A stretch of 64,000 nt of DNA, from positions 11,130,741 to 11,194,740 of the forward strand of contig OZ037768.1 of assembly GCA_964035545.1 (NCBI GenBank). The letters are read 5' to 3'. This DNA is from Bugula neritina (Eukaryota > Animalia > Bryozoa). Below, one piece after another: positions 28,101-41,662 of the stretch (the stretch's first letter is position 1; each line of letters starts with the position of its first letter). The notes beneath the pieces were generated by a model. That model saw only the letters and a program-made list of their open reading frames with translations, searched no databases and was not told the origin of the DNA. A program made the translations under genes and the position numbers.

Positions 28101-29067
28101 TGATTCTAATGCTGTGGGTAGTGACAATGCATTCACAAAACATATTTTCCAACTGATTCAATTAAAATAAACTTGCATGCATGACCGCTGACTGTTGATA
28201 GTGTTTGACAAGACTGGTAAGTATGCTAGCAACAATCGATAGCAAGTCTTAGCGCAGAAACGGTTAAGGCCTGCACCATGACTTACTCCTAGCATAAGAA
28301 AGCAATTAATATAACAGTTTACTTACACCATCAGCTACATAGTTTAACCACTGCTTCCACCACACTTGAGATACCAGAAACCAAGTCTGACCAAGAGCAT
28401 AACCCCTCTTCATTTCTCTACTGAGCCACCCCTTGACTATCCGCCCCTCATCTTGCCGAGTAGCGGGCTTCATACCGAGTATTATGTGGCATACCTGAAA
28501 TATAAGTCATTATAATTCCATGAATAAACACACATGTTAAAACATGCAAAACACTAACAGAAACAGAAGATGCATGTCAGTTTTGATTTCTAGTTGACTA
28601 GGTTTAATACTAAGAACAGATGTAACTATTCTCAAACAGTTTAACAGACAAGTATTTAAAAGCACAAATTAGATATATGAAAATACCTCAAATAAGAGTT
28701 CAGCAAATCCCTGTGTAACTTTACTCTGATTGGCCCACACGAGGTACTCATCTCTGGTCAGGTGATTCTCCTAAAGTAAAACCACAATTGATTGGTCAGC
28801 AGTTTAAACTTAGTTGTCTGAATGCAGATTACCTTGAACTGCATGGGCAATTAGATGATCGGAAATAAAAACAAAATCAGATATAATTTTTAAAAATAAA
28901 AATAATTGGAAATAATGCAATAAAAGTGTATAAAGTAAGAAATGACTAAGAGAGCTGATAACTCCCAACTGTCAAATAGACGCATTACAAATAATGCTCT
29001 AAAAGGTAGCAGCGCTGTGCAGCACACACTAGGCTAAAGCATATATATATACATATATATACTTACT

Positions 29068-29164
<97 letters not shown>

Positions 29165-32100
29165 AGATCATATGCAATGATTTGCAGGAATGCACTTCTT
29201 TCTTACCTTGCAGACGCTATGCGTCTCAACAATCTCATTAGCCATAGTGCCTGCATCCATTTCCAACAGGTCAGCTACTGTCTGAAAAGAAAGTGTCCAC
29301 GCAAATTACATTTACATTAGAGAACAAGCAAGAAGGAAACACACAAATAAAGTAGATTCCAAAAAATGTCTTCACCATATCCCACTTAACTAAACATATG
29401 TTTTGCACTGTGATTGTGTTGAAGTGTAGTTATTGAAGCCAACAATTAGCCAAGTCTTTTAGCACAAAAAACCCATTCACGTGATTAGGACCAGGGAAGC
29501 TCTAATAGGTGCTGCAAGTAAAAAACCAAGCTAAGAGATTTGTAACCACTATTTCATACTAGCACTAAAATACAACAAAATTGGAGGTCTAGGAGGTGTT
29601 ATTGAAACTTATATGGTGCTATTTATGCACCAAGTATTTGTTTAACATAAAATAAAAAGTAAAAAAGAATTAAAATTAGAGCACAACTTTGAATGTAACC
29701 ATCAGACGAGGATGTGGTAATGTTTTAAAAAGAATTCTAAAAACATGAACAGTGAAGAGAGTTAATTAACACAAACAATACTTAAGTAGACAGTGTGAGT
29801 ATGTCTAATAACAGTATATCGTTATATACAGCATATGCATGCATATTATAGGTGGAGCCAGTGTTGAAAGAGTTGTATGGCCCAGCATTAGTTAGAGAAT
29901 TATCATACTAAACAGGGATCATACCTCAAGTAGTCGCTGCTGTAATATTACATCATCACAAGTTCAGTATAAGTTGAATAATGAACTTTATAAAATACAC
30001 AACCAACAGAATTTTTACTAATGTATCTTTACAGAATCACAAAATTTATATTATAACCCATTTCAATGATATAAACATATTAATGACTAGTTTCCAAATA
30101 ATCCCAATTATCGAGTTTGAAGTAATCGACAGAAGATGCAGTTCTTCATTAGTTAACAGATAAAACCAAATATCTTCACATGCATGGACAACTATGCTAT
30201 TATCCAAGTGTGAAATGGTAGTCGGTGAACCTTGTAGCTTCAAATTACTTACACTTTACAACCTGCCTGATACTTCGATTGCTTACAGATAATATATAAA
30301 AAGTGGTTGGCAATGTAGACACACGAGTACATCACTCTGGAGTTCAGACTAATAAATAATATTCATTATTCATTGGCTTATTCAGTATTGCAAATGTGAA
30401 CACTACAACAATGAGCCAAATGTGTGCAACTTGACAGCGAAAAACTCTATGCTGACTCGGGAATCGTGTGGGTTTTCCCTTAAAAGTTTTGAGTCAATAT
30501 TTTAGATGTCATGTTACACTACTTTAATGTACTTTACCGCATGAACAAAACCAGAAGGCATTGCAAAAAGGTAAGAACATAATAAAGTCACGAGATATTA
30601 AACATATTTTACGGACACGGGACAACCTTCACCACCAGTTATACTAAACATTTTTACTTTATATTCGCTGACAACAGGTTAAGTGGGCGGGGCTTACACC
30701 AACATGGCTGAAGCCAAGAGAATACAGCTGAAAATACACCGAGACACTTTGGCCACTGCCTAGCTTATGACTTACCGATAGGTCACTTGACAAGCTACCA
30801 GTCTGCAACCATAAATATATGAGATCTACGCAAAACCCAGATTTATATTTCAGCCATTAAAGAATGTCAAACACACTTGCAGATAAAGCTGCAATTCGTT
30901 CACTCTTAATATACAGAAACAAGCTTTATGGTAAAACACATAAAAAATTGCGAGATTTTATAAAGCATATTATAAAATTAAAAAGAATTAGAGCTCAATT
31001 ATGTGAGAAAATTAAAAATATTAGTAACATAAAATCAACCTGTTGGAGAGTAATAATACCAAAGAACTGACGACTCCAAATTACCACCATGCACAGAACC
31101 TACCAACACCCAAGGCATGTATTACACATAACTGTGATTAGTTACCTCAGAATGTTCATTTTGCTGGAGAACAGTAAAGGAGGCTTCTATTGCACCAATC
31201 AGCTCGGACTTGGACAGGTAACCATCATTGTCAAGGTCAAATACACGGAAACAAACTATAACCAAATGATAACAGTATTTATCCACAATACCATAGCATG
31301 GACAGTGTGATTCCTTACCAAATATGGAAAATGTACTAAAATACTGCTACCTGAAAAGAGGAACAAAACAAATGAACGATGCATGAACATCCATAAAATA
31401 ATGGGAAAACTGTGTAGTATATTTTGCACTTCCAAATTGCATTGAACGAAAATTATCTAGACACAAATTCTTGCCATATTTTCAAAACTCGCTGCTATGT
31501 TTTGTCTATAAGTTGCATGCTGCTGTCCAGCAAGTGTGAATTTATACACGTTGAGAAGCACTTTAAATCCTCCTGACTATGATACAACCGATTAGCAGTT
31601 CCTTCAGCAAGTAGCCGAAAGTTTAGCTCCAAGTCTGTCTAAACTTACATTTCTGTCTCTCCACTTCCGGCCCTTTACAACAAGCTGATAGGCCACATAC
31701 CATTTCCTTAAAGTCTATGTGACCATCCAGGTTCTCATCAAATGCCTTGTATAAACCTAAACAGTTACAAGTGGCAAGTATGAATATAATGACCAGATTG
31801 TAATGTCTCTGTAAAGAGAAGACAACTACTAGAAGATATAGAAAGGGCGACTCCAAATTTAAATAAACTAAAGTATAGAGGTTATTGTAAGATGGCATGA
31901 ATAAGTTGGCACACATGTAACTTGAATGAAAAAATCAAGTAGCTTTGAAGAACATGAGCATTGTAGATTTTCCCTGAACAATGCATGTAGGTTAAATTTG
32001 TGGCAAATTTAGATGAATACAAGCCGTGTTAAGGTCTACACTTAATGTCTCGTAATTTGTGCGCATAGAGCTGAGTGTGAACAAGTTGTGTTGCATCACC

Positions 32101-34547
32101 AAACTTACTTCCTGTCAGCTGCCGAGGCAGAGGTGGAGACACCAATCGCTTGAAGAGTTCAAGGTCAAACCTGCCAGATGGAGATGTACTTTTCAGAGTG
32201 TTATATTTACTCTCCAAGTACACTATTTCATTCTCCTCTACTGTAATATAAGTGCGACATTACACGTGTACTAACAGCATGTACCTAAACATACAGTATA
32301 TACAATATACAGTGGCATAGCAGGGTATAATTATATACCATGTTGCATTACTGCAGCTTCATGTTATTGAGTATTTTTCAAGCAAACTTATTTCCACGTA
32401 GCTAATATTTTTGACTGAAAATGTCGCTTTCAGTGAATTACAAATTATTACAGTTACATTAATTTTAATTTTTTTAAAATATTATTTATATAGGTAAAGT
32501 ATAAATATGCAACCTAAAGTTGCCCTCCATTGGCTATAGACTCTGGATAGAACCAACAACTTTAAATAGTAGCCACAAAAACTTTCTGATAGAAATTGGT
32601 CAGTGATGAATTCGGAATATATCATATTTGAAATTGATATAATATCTTGCTGCATACTGTCATTTATATTATCCTATTTCAAGATTAAAATCATGACGTA
32701 GACTATTAGTTGACGAATATATAGCCATTTTAAATGAGCTATTATTCATTTTTTGTACATAAGTGAGTTTTTGAAGCAAAATTAACAATTAGATTATTTT
32801 TCAAAATTCTTTGGCATACTCATAATCTGTTGTTGATTGTATTAAGTAGCTGTCACACCATATCACAATCCCGTTGGTAAAAGTAAATGAAAAGCAAATT
32901 TGTTTATAATAGTTACTGTAAATTCCCAGGATGACTGACTTTTAAAAGATGGTTAAATTATTTCTAGCAATTAATGTTATTTTTAGCTATACCAAAATAT
33001 CTTTGAATACACATGAGATCTGCACTAGAATATGAGTGATAAAGGTTTCCCTGGCACATAAAACACTAGCAATCGCCAAACACTAATTGCAGCTAATTCC
33101 ACAATCAAAATTCTCAATTCAGTATTGCACTATTAGTTTATAAATTAAATTCCTTAAATCATAGTGTTTGGCATATTTTACTCATGAGAATATAAAGTTA
33201 ATCATATAACAGAATTGATAGCACGTTTTATTAAATCCGTAGTCTAAAGGTTAGAGCGTTGATTTAGTAAACACGACGTCATGGGTTCGAACCCCAATAA
33301 AGGCCATTGGTGATGTTAGGAAGAACATCCAGTCATAATTGCTCCTGTGCCACATATGAATAAGTCCTTAGCCCTCTGTAAAAAACCCTTTTCATCAGGA
33401 TTCTCACAGGGATAGTGACTATAAACTTGTGTGCGTAAGCTTTCAGTATCTCCTACGTATTCTATGTACTATGGTAATTCTATAGAAGTTTAAATATTTA
33501 CAGTTAGCTTGAGGACCAGCACACTGTACATTGAAAAACTCACAGTGTGTAACCCCAGCCAGCGTTTGGAAGAAAGAAGGAAGCTCGCTGTCCACTGTGA
33601 GGGTATTCTTACAAGGTTCAAGAAGCAGCCAACATGAGAGGGAAGAAAACTCCGGAAATGCTAAAAGCCACTGCCTGAAGGTTTGATAGTCTATTTTCTC
33701 ATCCTGCAACGTTATACAATTGAGATTACAAATAAGTGAAAACAGGGAGATGAAAACAAAATATATTTAAATGTCTAGATTATACTGCAGACTAAAAAAC
33801 AATTAATAAGAAAAATGAAATGCCTAAAATTATCTTTAATTAATTTTGTATACCAAAAAACTTTATTAGTAAATCTGAATATGCTGCAAGTGCAATATGG
33901 CTCATTTACCAATCTTACTTGAAGATAATTTTAAACAACAAGGATTCAATAATGTTGTTTTTGGCTCAATCTGTAATCTTTTTAGAAAAATGTTTCAATT
34001 CCATTTTTATTATTATTTATACAAACACACTATTATAATTGACGTTCTTTAGGCCTGCGTAAACAGCATAGACCAGGAGCCAAGTTTGTGATTTCTACTG
34101 AATTTAATAACATATTCACAAACTGCACTTATAATACCTTACTTGTTTTGATGGTAAATTTAAACATAAGAATTGCATTACTAAAGAATTAGAAGTCAGC
34201 ATTTAATAACTGCATGCAACCAAATTTCACCAAATTCTTCCAGAATAAACTCACATATTGAAAGAGTTCACTCAAGGATTCTGGTATCTGTCCATCAGTC
34301 TTTAGAATGATGTCATCAATAACTTCTTTGTGAATGTGTAAACTGTCATCAGCGTAGAGGCCGAATATGACTGCAACACAAGTCACATTTCATGACTGGC
34401 AACATGGGCTTTGCATACAAGCAGCCATTTTAGCTCTTTCCACACAATTCAATGACACATCAGATTAAGTTGCTGTATACATGAAGAACCATCAAAATTG
34501 AATTGTGCCTAGTCAGTCAGCCAGTCAGCCAGTCAGTCAGTCAGTCA

Positions 34548-34636
<89 letters not shown>

Positions 34637-37600
34637 TCAGCCAGTCAGCCAGTCAGTCAGGTAGTTACTGTTGAGTGACTACTGGCTCAAATACCATAAT
34701 ATAATGGTATTTCTTAACATTATGATTATTGCAAAAGATTGATCTTGTTCACATTGATAACCTAAACTTTCATTAGTATACGTTTTTCAAAATGAAATTT
34801 CAACTGCATTAATAAGAATAAACGAATAAAGTCAAGAAAAGCATAACTTCTTATGCTACAATTTCTATCTGGAACAGTGAATTTTCTCAATTACTACTTC
34901 ATTACTTCAGAGAAGTTGCTTAATTAGGTCGATTACAAATTCTCAAGAAGAATACAAAACATAGTAAACACATTTTTCATTCCATTAGTTAGGATTTACA
35001 TCTACGAAGACATAGTTCAATTATTCTAACTAAAGATGAAAATTTAGACCCATCTCAATGGACTTATTCAATGGATTTGTTGAATTTTAATATATTAAAA
35101 AGTACACGACGAAGGGTTGAGTTTACAAGGCTCTAAGTTACACAAACGTGCAGAAACAGTGTCATTGATTTCTTGAAAATTTATGACTTGATAAATGTTG
35201 AGTTTGGTCTAATGAGTGGAGGAAGGCAAGAGACAGGTCGTCAATAATCATAAATTAGCAACTGCTAGAATTAGTATATTTCTAGACAATATAAGAATAA
35301 ATAACCTACAGCCCTGAATACTGCTAGTGTTACAGAGCACACAATCAATAACCTCCATCCTGCAACTTACTCTACAGCCAACAGCACAGCTTCAGGCCAT
35401 AAAGGCATTTCTGTTTCCATTTTTAAAAAGCCTGGGCTATCTAGAGAGCAGCAACTTAAAGAACATCAGTAGTCTAGGGGTTATCTAGAAGTCATGGGTT
35501 CAATTCCCAGTAAAGGCCATTGGTGATGATCCAGTCATGATTTCTCCTGTGCCACGTATGAATAAGTCCTTAGTCAGATTTTAAAAAACCCTTCCATTAG
35601 GGGTTTCTCACAGGAATGGTTCTAGAAGCAGCTTTGAGCTGGGGGTGAATGAGTTTGGAGTTTATTAAAACCCTTAACTTAAAACTCAAGAACTGCAAAC
35701 TTGGAGCTGCTTATAAAGCCATTCTTCTCACAGAGATAGTGACTGTAAACTTGTGTGAGTAACAGGATAGTTTAGGGCCATAAAATCATTTCTGATTCCA
35801 TTTTCAAAGAACCTGGGCTATCTAGACAGCGGCAACCAAAGAGATCACAAAAACACAGCATGGAGTGAAGTAACTTGTAACATCTGAGTTGTAGTGATGC
35901 AAGTTAAGAGTAGAAATTACTACCAGCAACTAAGTAGTGTGCTGGCACTTAACAACTAAAGTGAATAAAATGCAAGGTAACGGGCTTGGGTAATGGTGAA
36001 TAGATCGACTGGCTTGATGATGAATGAGATGAGGACAAACTTTCCAAGCACCAAAAATACACCAACCCTGGGCTAACCGACCCTCTATTACCAGCATGTG
36101 GAGTGTCCAGTAGCTCGGCTAACAGAATTTAAAAAAGCTCTCTTTTACACCAGAGAGGCCTACATTTAAGACAAGCTGCTATGGGTATTTCAGTAAGTGT
36201 GACAATAAATGGCAAGTCTAAGGCAGCCATCACTTTGTGAAGTGCAAATTACCAGCCCTAAAGGGACAACTTATCAATATTCAAAGATTGCTATAATTCA
36301 CACCAAGACAGTAAAAGGTTCACTGCACTCAGCAAGGCTCAGACTTAGCCGGAGTAGCTTACACTATTAGTTATTCTTCCGTAGAGTCTGGGGTCACAAC
36401 GCCCCAACTTTGACAGGTGAAATGTAAGTCTACTACTAAGAACTTACATTTGATTCTTTCTTCATTAGAATGCTTGGCGCGAGTGAACAGTACCAGTCCA
36501 CAGAGCAAATCCTTGAATGACAAGTTCTTGCTGTTTCCACTGAAAGCCAGGAAGACTTGCTGTAAAAGAATTAAGATGTCATGAACATGAAAACCAGTTA
36601 CTGTTTAGAGGCCTTCTACATTACACGGCGTTTTTGAATACATATACACATAATATTTCATTATACACTATTTCTACACCAGAATATACTGCCATGACAT
36701 TAGCCAAAATCTTTGTGTAATACAACATTCCCCAAAGTCAATTACAGTAGAGCTTTGCTTTGTAGAGATAATTAGACAATTGGTAACCATGGAAACATGC
36801 TGTCATGAAATAAATCTACAAATATATGAAGGTTACCTGAAACCAAGACACACCCTCACCTCAGTTGGTGATCTTTTGAAAAATTTGGGAAGAGAAGGCT
36901 TTTGTTCAGAAAGCATTTCAAGTATATAATAATACTATTTTGACAGTAATTATTGTAGAATGAAACACCTGGCAGTTAGTATATCTACACCGAGTGTTGT
37001 AACTGGCACAGCTGTAGTTTATAGACATATTATTTATCATCTATATATTACAATAAAGTTAATAGTGGGTGCACCCCAATAGAATGAAAAGAATGACCAT
37101 CTTAGATGAAATTATTGGAATAATTTCTATAATTAACTCTTACAAATAAATTTAAATAATTTCCTCTTTGACAGGTATTTCTATTTAAATATCCATGGGT
37201 GTATATTCCCTCTACTGAACAACATAGGCTGATTGTAGCAGTGTGCAGCTACAAGCAAAACCTTAATGTTGTTGGAATTTAAACTCTATTGTAGACTAAG
37301 CGTAGGGCCACACACACTTTTTTTATTTCAATTTATGTTTTAGCTTTTAGCGAACTGAATTAATATAGTTTCATATAATTTGCATTTCCGCTTTTATAAT
37401 ATCTAAAGTCACTTTGCCGATGACGTAGTTTTATAAACAAACGTCTGTAGGTGAGCAGTAAAGTTTAACGCTAACATCATTAGCTAATAAATTTCCTCAC
37501 TCGCAACACACGCATTGTGTGTGGCATGTTTGAACGGGTTTTCTCGCACGTCACGAACGTGTAAAAACGCGTCGTGTGGCCCTACGCTAACTCAAACTGT

Positions 37601-39946
37601 TAACTCTATACCTAAGTAATGCAACTTTTATGCCCAGGGTTTTAATGTGTTCCAAAACGGCTGAATAAAGTCAGTTAAAAATAATGTTTGGAGTCAATTT
37701 TACAACAAAAGAACCCATCATACAAATCTGTATGTCTTCAAAGGAGGAGGAAATAAGTAGCAAGGGAACAATCTACATTTTCCGACAAATAAGAAAACCT
37801 TACACCTATGTGCATACTTCCTCTTGTGTATCATATTTTTACAATGACTTCATTGCAGTTCAGTAAGCTTTGTGCAAGTCTACTATAAAACATGACTGAT
37901 GGGACAGCTTAATCTCAGACCAATGCAATAGTTGCACAACTAGTAACAGAAATTCTACTACATCGCTATCTCTCTTAGTCAATACTCAGTTGCTCAATTG
38001 ATTATTTCATATTCTTAAAACCCAGCATAGATAAGTCTGCAGTTAAATCACCCAACTGTACTCAGTGAAGTTTGGTGCAAGTTCTTTTTAGTGAAAAACA
38101 AATCACTGCACAGTACCATCAGCTCATGGGATAAGAGACTGTTCTGAACTTAGATAACAATTCTAAAACACAATTTATGTCAAAAACACTGTTGCTACTT
38201 CTTTGACAAAATAGAGGTCACAGCGAGCAATTGTACTATAAACTAAGTGATCTGAGAGAGAGAGAGACCATTATTGTAGACTGTGCTAGGCTTAAAAAAC
38301 AGCAACGTGGCAGAATACAAACATACTACCCTTTCATGTATTTGATAATGCACTGTCACCTTTAGGCTACTGGTTTTGAGCGTCTTAGCAAGTCTGTTGA
38401 TGCAGAAACAAGCATAAAGTTGCCATTGTCTTATAAGTTATCACTCAGTGGCAATTCCCATATCAGTCAAAGGCAGATTTTGATGAAGACTAATCAGAAG
38501 AGTCATTCAACTGTTGGTATTTATTAGCAGGTCAGCCGAGGTTGAAAATCATCTTACATAAAATTATGTAAGATGATTTTCATGCTTAAACTGACTTGAA
38601 AGAGTGAAATATTGAAATTTAAATTTAAAGAGAACTGGGATAACTTGCATACTCAAAATTATAGCCCAAACAGATGACCTTGATGGATATTTCAGCATCG
38701 AGTTGAAAAATTATATGTGCCCTATGGTTGACTACAACTATTGCATGTGCAGTAAAAATTTCATTAATACTGTTGACAAATTTGACTAAACAATAGTAGA
38801 CTAGTATTTCTTGCCAGTACAGTTATAATTTATCATCATATCCAATACAAATGTTGACAGGTTGAAATACTGTTATTAAAATTCTCATCATACTTGCAAA
38901 CTAACCTAGCAAGTCTTTTTAGAATACCATGAACAGTTGTCATAGCTCTTCTAGATAAAAAATAAACCACAGTAACCAGTGCGAAATATAGTACTAACTT
39001 ATGGAACCTAGCGATGGAGAAAAATCAAACCTTACTAATAGTCTGAGTGTAGGAAATGAGGCTACCTTTTAGTGAATAATACTTGGAATAAAACCATAAT
39101 AAACTAGTTATTTGTTGTATATTTTATAAATTACATTATGTTTACCTGCCCAACACCTTGGAGTTATATGACCTTACTTCTATCAACACTAACCTCAGCA
39201 ACAGCCCTCGGCACGTAATCTCCAAACACTTCCTTAGCAAACACGTCCACGCTAATACAATTTCCAAGAGATACTTTTCTAAAAGCTTCTCTTAGACGAT
39301 TAAGTTCCACAACTGAAACTGTTAACAACAAAAGTCATATCATGACATCACAGTATGATGGTATATAAACCAGGTGAGGTTAAACTGTTCAAAGTTAACA
39401 TTGACAGCTTGAAATTTATAGAGATAGAAATAATTTTAATTAACATAAACCCTATGAAATATATAGATCAATTTGTGAGTAGCAGTTACTAGCTACCAAA
39501 GGTAATCTACATAACATAAATTTCAAAGTGTCTAAAACACCCAAACCTACAGCTAACACATTTAAAAACTAATGCTGTTTATTAACAATAAACCTCTATC
39601 ATTATGATAAAAAATAATTTCTTATTTTCTTATTATATTAGACTACACAGTAGCTGACTACAAAAAGAATAAAAACTAGGCAAGTTTAGCCAGTCTAAAA
39701 TATAATACTGCACTGATCATTGATGTTGTTTGTTAAAAGCAGTAGATGTTGACGAACCTTTTCAAAGCTGATAGATATTTTGTTAATTTAAAATATAAAG
39801 AAGATATTTTGTAAAAACACACCAATTAGGCTTACAAAAAATAGAAAAAAGACATGAGCAAAATAACACTAATAACATTGTTACATACCTCTTTTAATAG
39901 CTTCCTCATATGTGACGCTAACTGGTTTCACTTCTTTATTTCCCAT
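13150..39946 (-). CDS. USP32: Ubiquitin carboxyl-terminal hydrolase 32 (EF-hands, DUSP, UBL-like, USP catalytic domain, C-terminal CaaX), ~1467 aa, 31 coding exons
   Basis: Hand-spliced exons with consistent phases: 39946-39889, 39318-39194, 36559-36448, 34370-34255, 33703-33544, 32240-32109, 31756-31649, 31255-31146, 29281-29207, 28770-28687, 28494-28327, 28084-27923, 27556-27422, 27042-26892, 26526-26372, 26267-26186, 25256-25034, 24345-24136, 23944-23875, 23727-23553, 23233-23082, 22332-22242, 22090-21696, 20784-20600, 20283-20197, 19821-19701, 18557(or 18572)-18378, 17828-17646, 17444-17325, 15442-15350, 13335-13150. Motifs: N-terminus [21 protein letters not shown]-hands [12 protein letters not shown] and [12 protein letters not shown], Cys box [20 protein letters not shown], His box [13 protein letters not shown]...YNDS, C-terminus CVIQ*. 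Confidence 0.95.
13708..13862. repeat. 19-bp minisatellite (TGTGAATACAGTGCACAGT), ~8 copies
   Basis: Directly visible tandem array in the last USP32 intron. Confidence 0.9.
15540..15619. repeat. Interrupted (TG)n microsatellite
   Basis: Directly visible. Confidence 0.9.
16583..16865. repeat. 45-bp minisatellite, ~6 copies
   Basis: Unit GTCAAGTGACAGTTGGAACAGGTACTTGTGTCCTAATACCATGTA starts at 16591, 16636, 16681, 16726, 16771 and 16816. Confidence 0.95.
20828..21480. repeat. 20-bp minisatellite (TACTGATACTGTAGTATATA), ~32 copies
   Basis: Directly visible head-to-tail array with no spacers; intronic in USP32. Confidence 0.97.
25850..26095. repeat. Degenerate ~10-bp AGTGGTA(T/C)AG tandem repeat
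   Basis: Recurrent AGTGGTATAG and AGTGGTACAG units. Confidence 0.7.
26792..26878. repeat. Interrupted (CA)n microsatellite
   Basis: Directly visible. Confidence 0.9.
29041..29163. repeat. (AT)n microsatellite
   Basis: Directly visible. Confidence 0.95.
33237..33439 (+). mobile_element. tRNA-derived SINE, copy 1
   Basis: A-box TAGTCTAAAGG and B-box GGTTCGAACCC, then the body GGCCATTGGTGATGTTAGGAAGAACATCCAGTCAT...TAAACTTGTGTGCGTAA; a second copy lies at ~35491-35762. Confidence 0.8.
34511..34660. repeat. (AGTC)n/(AGCC)n tetranucleotide microsatellite
   Basis: Directly visible. Confidence 0.95.
35491..35762 (+). mobile_element. tRNA-derived SINE, copy 2 (5'-decayed, interrupted by a MITE)
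   Basis: Colinear with 33278-33439 apart from a short deletion and the 35614-35724 insertion. Confidence 0.8.
35614..35724. mobile_element. 111-bp Mutator-like MITE with 9-bp TSD
   Basis: Imperfect TIRs GAATGGTTCTAGAAGCAGCT / AGCTGCTTATAAAGCCATTC. TSD TTCTCACAG at 35605-35613 and 35725-35733; the empty site is visible in SINE copy 1. Confidence 0.8.
36783..36796. promoter_or_regulatory. RFX X-box consensus match GTAACCATGGAAAC
   Basis: Fits GTHNYY-AT-RRNAAC exactly; lies in a USP32 intron; function untested. Confidence 0.4.
37300..37587. mobile_element. PIF/Harbinger (Tourist-like) MITE
   Basis: Perfect 14-bp TIRs GCGTAGGGCCACAC / GTGTGGCCCTACGC flanked by a TAA TSD (37297-37299, 37588-37590). 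Confidence 0.85.
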
Positions 39947-41566
39947 AATCCTGTGACTAGATACTACAGAAAATACTGCAACTAAGTCACACCAACATAA
40001 TAGTATGTTCACAAAAATAATGCCTAGTTTTAGTTATCTACACTAAAAGACAGAGTTAGTCGATGTAGGACGTTAATCATATACAAACCTATGAAAATCT
40101 ACTCATTAACTATTTAAGTTAGCTATACAATTAACTTAAAGTAAATTGTGAAAAACTTTTGTCTTCATAGTTTTGTTTACAAATTAATTCAGTGATTAAT
40201 TATATATAAAATAAAAGCAAATCTGAATTATGTACATGTATATACATATAGCTCTTACCATTTAACACACAATGTATCCAAGATTAAGATAGGCATCAGA
40301 GATGAAGATTATATTTAATTGGAATTCATTAAAATATGATTTCATTATTAAACAGGTTGATGATGAGTGGTAGCAGTGAATATTCAAAACATCATAAAAC
40401 AATATTAGCTTTATATTTCAAACTTCAAAAGTCAAAAGTTTTTGAAAAAAAAGTAAAGTGTTCTGTGACTTGGGACTTTATATCAGAAGTTTAGCTTGCA
40501 TAGTAGTTTCAATTGGCAAGTATGATCTGCACTACACACTATAAATATATTTAATATAAGGAGTCAAATTCACTATCAGTCCTCTTAATCATAATACTGG
40601 ATGTAGTAGAGTGAACTAGTAGATAATCAGTGAGTCGCATAAATAGCTGGTAACAGCAAGCTAATTAATAAATATGAATGTCACAGGCACAATGACTAAT
40701 AAATGATTGATCAATGATATTATCAATGAATGTGTAAAAAGTGTTTAGCATGACACATATTTGCAGTCATTGGAACTTGTATATCCTGAATTTGTTACCG
40801 TGGCTGGTGTCACAAACATACTAGAAAAAATGCCTGTTGTGAAAGTGAGAGTTGTGCAAGAAGCTAATTGTGTAAATAGCCCTCAGTGAGTGACTTGTGT
40901 TTGTACTCAACTCACTGATCATTGAGAGTGACTCTCTAAATGTCACTATGATCATCAGCCAAAAACAATGGGAATTATTTTCCAGCAAACTTCTTTTTGC
41001 TAACTTTAGTTAGTTATAATAATGAAAAGCTACTGTGAAGGTTTGTGTTGCTACTACTGGCACATATTTTACATCAAAATTTCCTTATTCATGAGCAACT
41101 AAGCTTAGTGAGTAAAAGACTTAATGTCCAAAACCAAGTCATGCTCAGTCATGTTAATGCAAGACTGCAACACCCAATTAGCTGTAGTTATCTAATGCCA
41201 TTTAACTGTCTACATTTATGTCTCATACGCTATTAGGAATGAGTTAAATGATTTTAATTACACACTAGATCTAGTATTAATTCAAAGTACTACGGTACAA
41301 CTAAGGGGAATATTAATATATTAGTAGCACTAAAAGCAAATACACTTGTATTCTAAGGAACTGCTATTGGTATAAATATGGAGTAAGAGTGATGCACATC
41401 TTTATCTTAAGATTATTTAAATAGGATATAGTCATCAATGCAGCTATATCAACTTGCAGCTATTGCAATGGTGAGCTTAATTTTGTTTATATTTAAATGC
41501 ATGCTACATACTGGTGGTGTTTGTCACACTCATAGTGATGAGCATGATTATATGATTAATACTTAC

Positions 41567-41662
41567 ATGGTCTGAATTTCTGCTTGTGTTAAAATTTCAG
41601 CTTTATCTTCAAATTGAAGATTTCATACTTGTTCCATTTTGTGGCGACGTATCTTTTTATGC
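41567..41662 (-). other. Candidate USP32 5'-UTR exon containing short uORFs
   Basis: Bounded by CACCAG| and |GTAAGT on the minus strand; contains overlapping MEQV* and MKSSI* uORFs. Confidence 0.35.
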
